In this document: positions 62,615 to 64,000 of the stretch, piece after piece
How positions within the stretch are numbered: position 1 is the first letter of the stretch
Layout: the number at the start of each line of letters is the position of its first letter
NCBI RefSeq assembly: GCF_004010195.1
Contig: NC_057718.1
Span: forward strand, 23,828,135-23,892,134
Origin: Chiloscyllium plagiosum
Lineage: Eukaryota
Length of the DNA: 64,000 nucleotides
Direction: 5' to 3'
Notes under the pieces: generated by a model
What the model was told of the DNA's origin: nothing
Databases searched by the model: none
The model's input: the letters and a program-made list of their open reading frames with translations, nothing else
Position numbers and translations under genes: made by a program

Positions 62615-64000
62615 CTAGCATGGTTACAACACAGAAGAAGGCCACTCAGCTCATCATGTCCATGCCAGCCCTCTGCTCATTCCACAGCTTTGCCCAAGGT
62701 CCTTCTCATTTTCAGCATTTCCAATTATCGAATATTGTTTGGAAAGCTAGAATTAGATTTAGCTCCACCAAACATCCAGGTAGTATATGCTGGATAATAA
62801 TTACTCATTGTGTGACAGAACTATTCCTCATATTGTCCTGGGATCTTTTATCAATCATTTTATTAACAGTGCCTCCTTGTTGCTAGCTTTCCATTAACGG
62901 GATCAGTTTCTCTCTCTCTCTAATCTATCTAGAACTCACAAGGTCTGCATCACTTCCTCTGAACCCTGAACAGACACAGAGCATGCTGGAGAAATTCAGA
63001 AGGTCCGTCAGCATCTGTGGAGAGAAACAGAGTTAATATTCTTGGTTCAGTATAACTTTTCTTCAGGGTTCAGGTACATAATTCTTTGAAGTTTGCATCA
63101 CAGGTAGACAGGGTGGTTAAGGTGGTGTTTGGCACACTTGCCTTCATTGCTCAGATCATTGAGCATAGGAGTTGGGATGCCATGTTGAGGTTGTACAGGA
63201 TGTTGGTGAAGCCTCTTCCTGAAAACTGTGTCCAGTTCTGGTCGCCCTGTTATATGAAGGATATTATGAAGCTAGAGAAGGTTCAGAAAAGATTCACCGG
63301 GATGTTGCCAGGAATGGAGGGTTTGATTTATAACCGGAGGCTGGATAAGCTGGGATGGTTTTTCATTAGAGCATATGAGTTAATGGGTGACCTAATGGAA
63401 GTTTATAAAATCATGAGGGGAATACATAAAATGAATGGCAGGTGTCTTTTTTTCCCTGGGATGGGGGATTTCAAGACTAAGGGGCATATTTTTAAGGTGA
63501 AAGGAAAAAAATTTTAAAAAGACATGAGGGGAAACGTTTTTACGCAGTGAGTGGTTTGTGTGTGGAATGAACTTCCAGAGGAAGTGGCGGATACGGGTAC
63601 AGTTGCAACATTTAAAAGATGTTTAGATAAGCACATGAATAAGAAATGTTTGGAAGGATAAGGGCCAAGCGCAGGCCGGTGGGACTACTTTAGTTTGGGA
63701 TTATGGTCAGCATGGACTGGTTGAAACAAAGGGTCTGTTTCCATGCTGTATGGCTCTAGACTCTATAACTGAACTCTATTCTTCCAAGTTCTGACTTCTT
63801 CAGAAGAAGAGTCACATCAAGCTTGCAATGTTAACTTTGTTTGTTTTCTCCACAGATGCTGCTAGATCTAGAGTTTCTTCAGCATTATTCTTTGTGTTTG
63901 TTTCAAATTCTCAGCACCCACAGTACTATTTATCCCTAAGGAGAAGAACCCAAGCTGTTCTACTCTATCCGCACACCTCAAGTCTCTCAATCTTGGAACC
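62615..64000 (-). mobile_element. Old CR1 (-) containing a PLE hairpin (62970-63925), itself containing a CR1 (+)
   Basis: Host at 62615-62965 resumes at ~63930; inverted PLE arms 62975-63066 and 63795-63925. Confidence 0.7.
63067..63772 (+). mobile_element. CR1/HER1 3' portion
   Basis: ORF 63086-63517 'LYRMLVKP..NCVQFWSP...GDLMEVYKIM'; (ctcta..a)n tail. Confidence 0.92.

Overview
Repeat-dense, apparently gene-free (intergenic or intronic) vertebrate DNA. HE1-type V-SINEs, HER1/CR1 LINEs and Deu-domain SINEs point to a cartilaginous fish, probably a shark (inference from recognised repeats; no search was run). I found no convincing host exon, rRNA, tRNA gene or CRISPR array. The transposable elements are: many CR1 copies, one near full length with five nested inserts; two Penelope-like elements (PLEs); a decayed Gypsy with its 3' LTR; a solo LTR; a Tx1/L1 element; L2 remnants; a MULE/foldback element with a 10-bp TSD; and a probable HERO-like relic. 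The most notable system is a swarm of short PLE terminal-repeat derivatives. Many are fold-back palindromes, several have clear 9-15-bp TSDs, and several carry minimal hammerhead-ribozyme (HHR) cores (CUGANGA...GAAA). One carries a head-to-head HHR pair, and a young twin-priming-type Penelope insertion has an intact HHR. Several TE-free blocks hold clustered TF motifs and are candidate conserved enhancers. Boundaries of old repeats are approximate.
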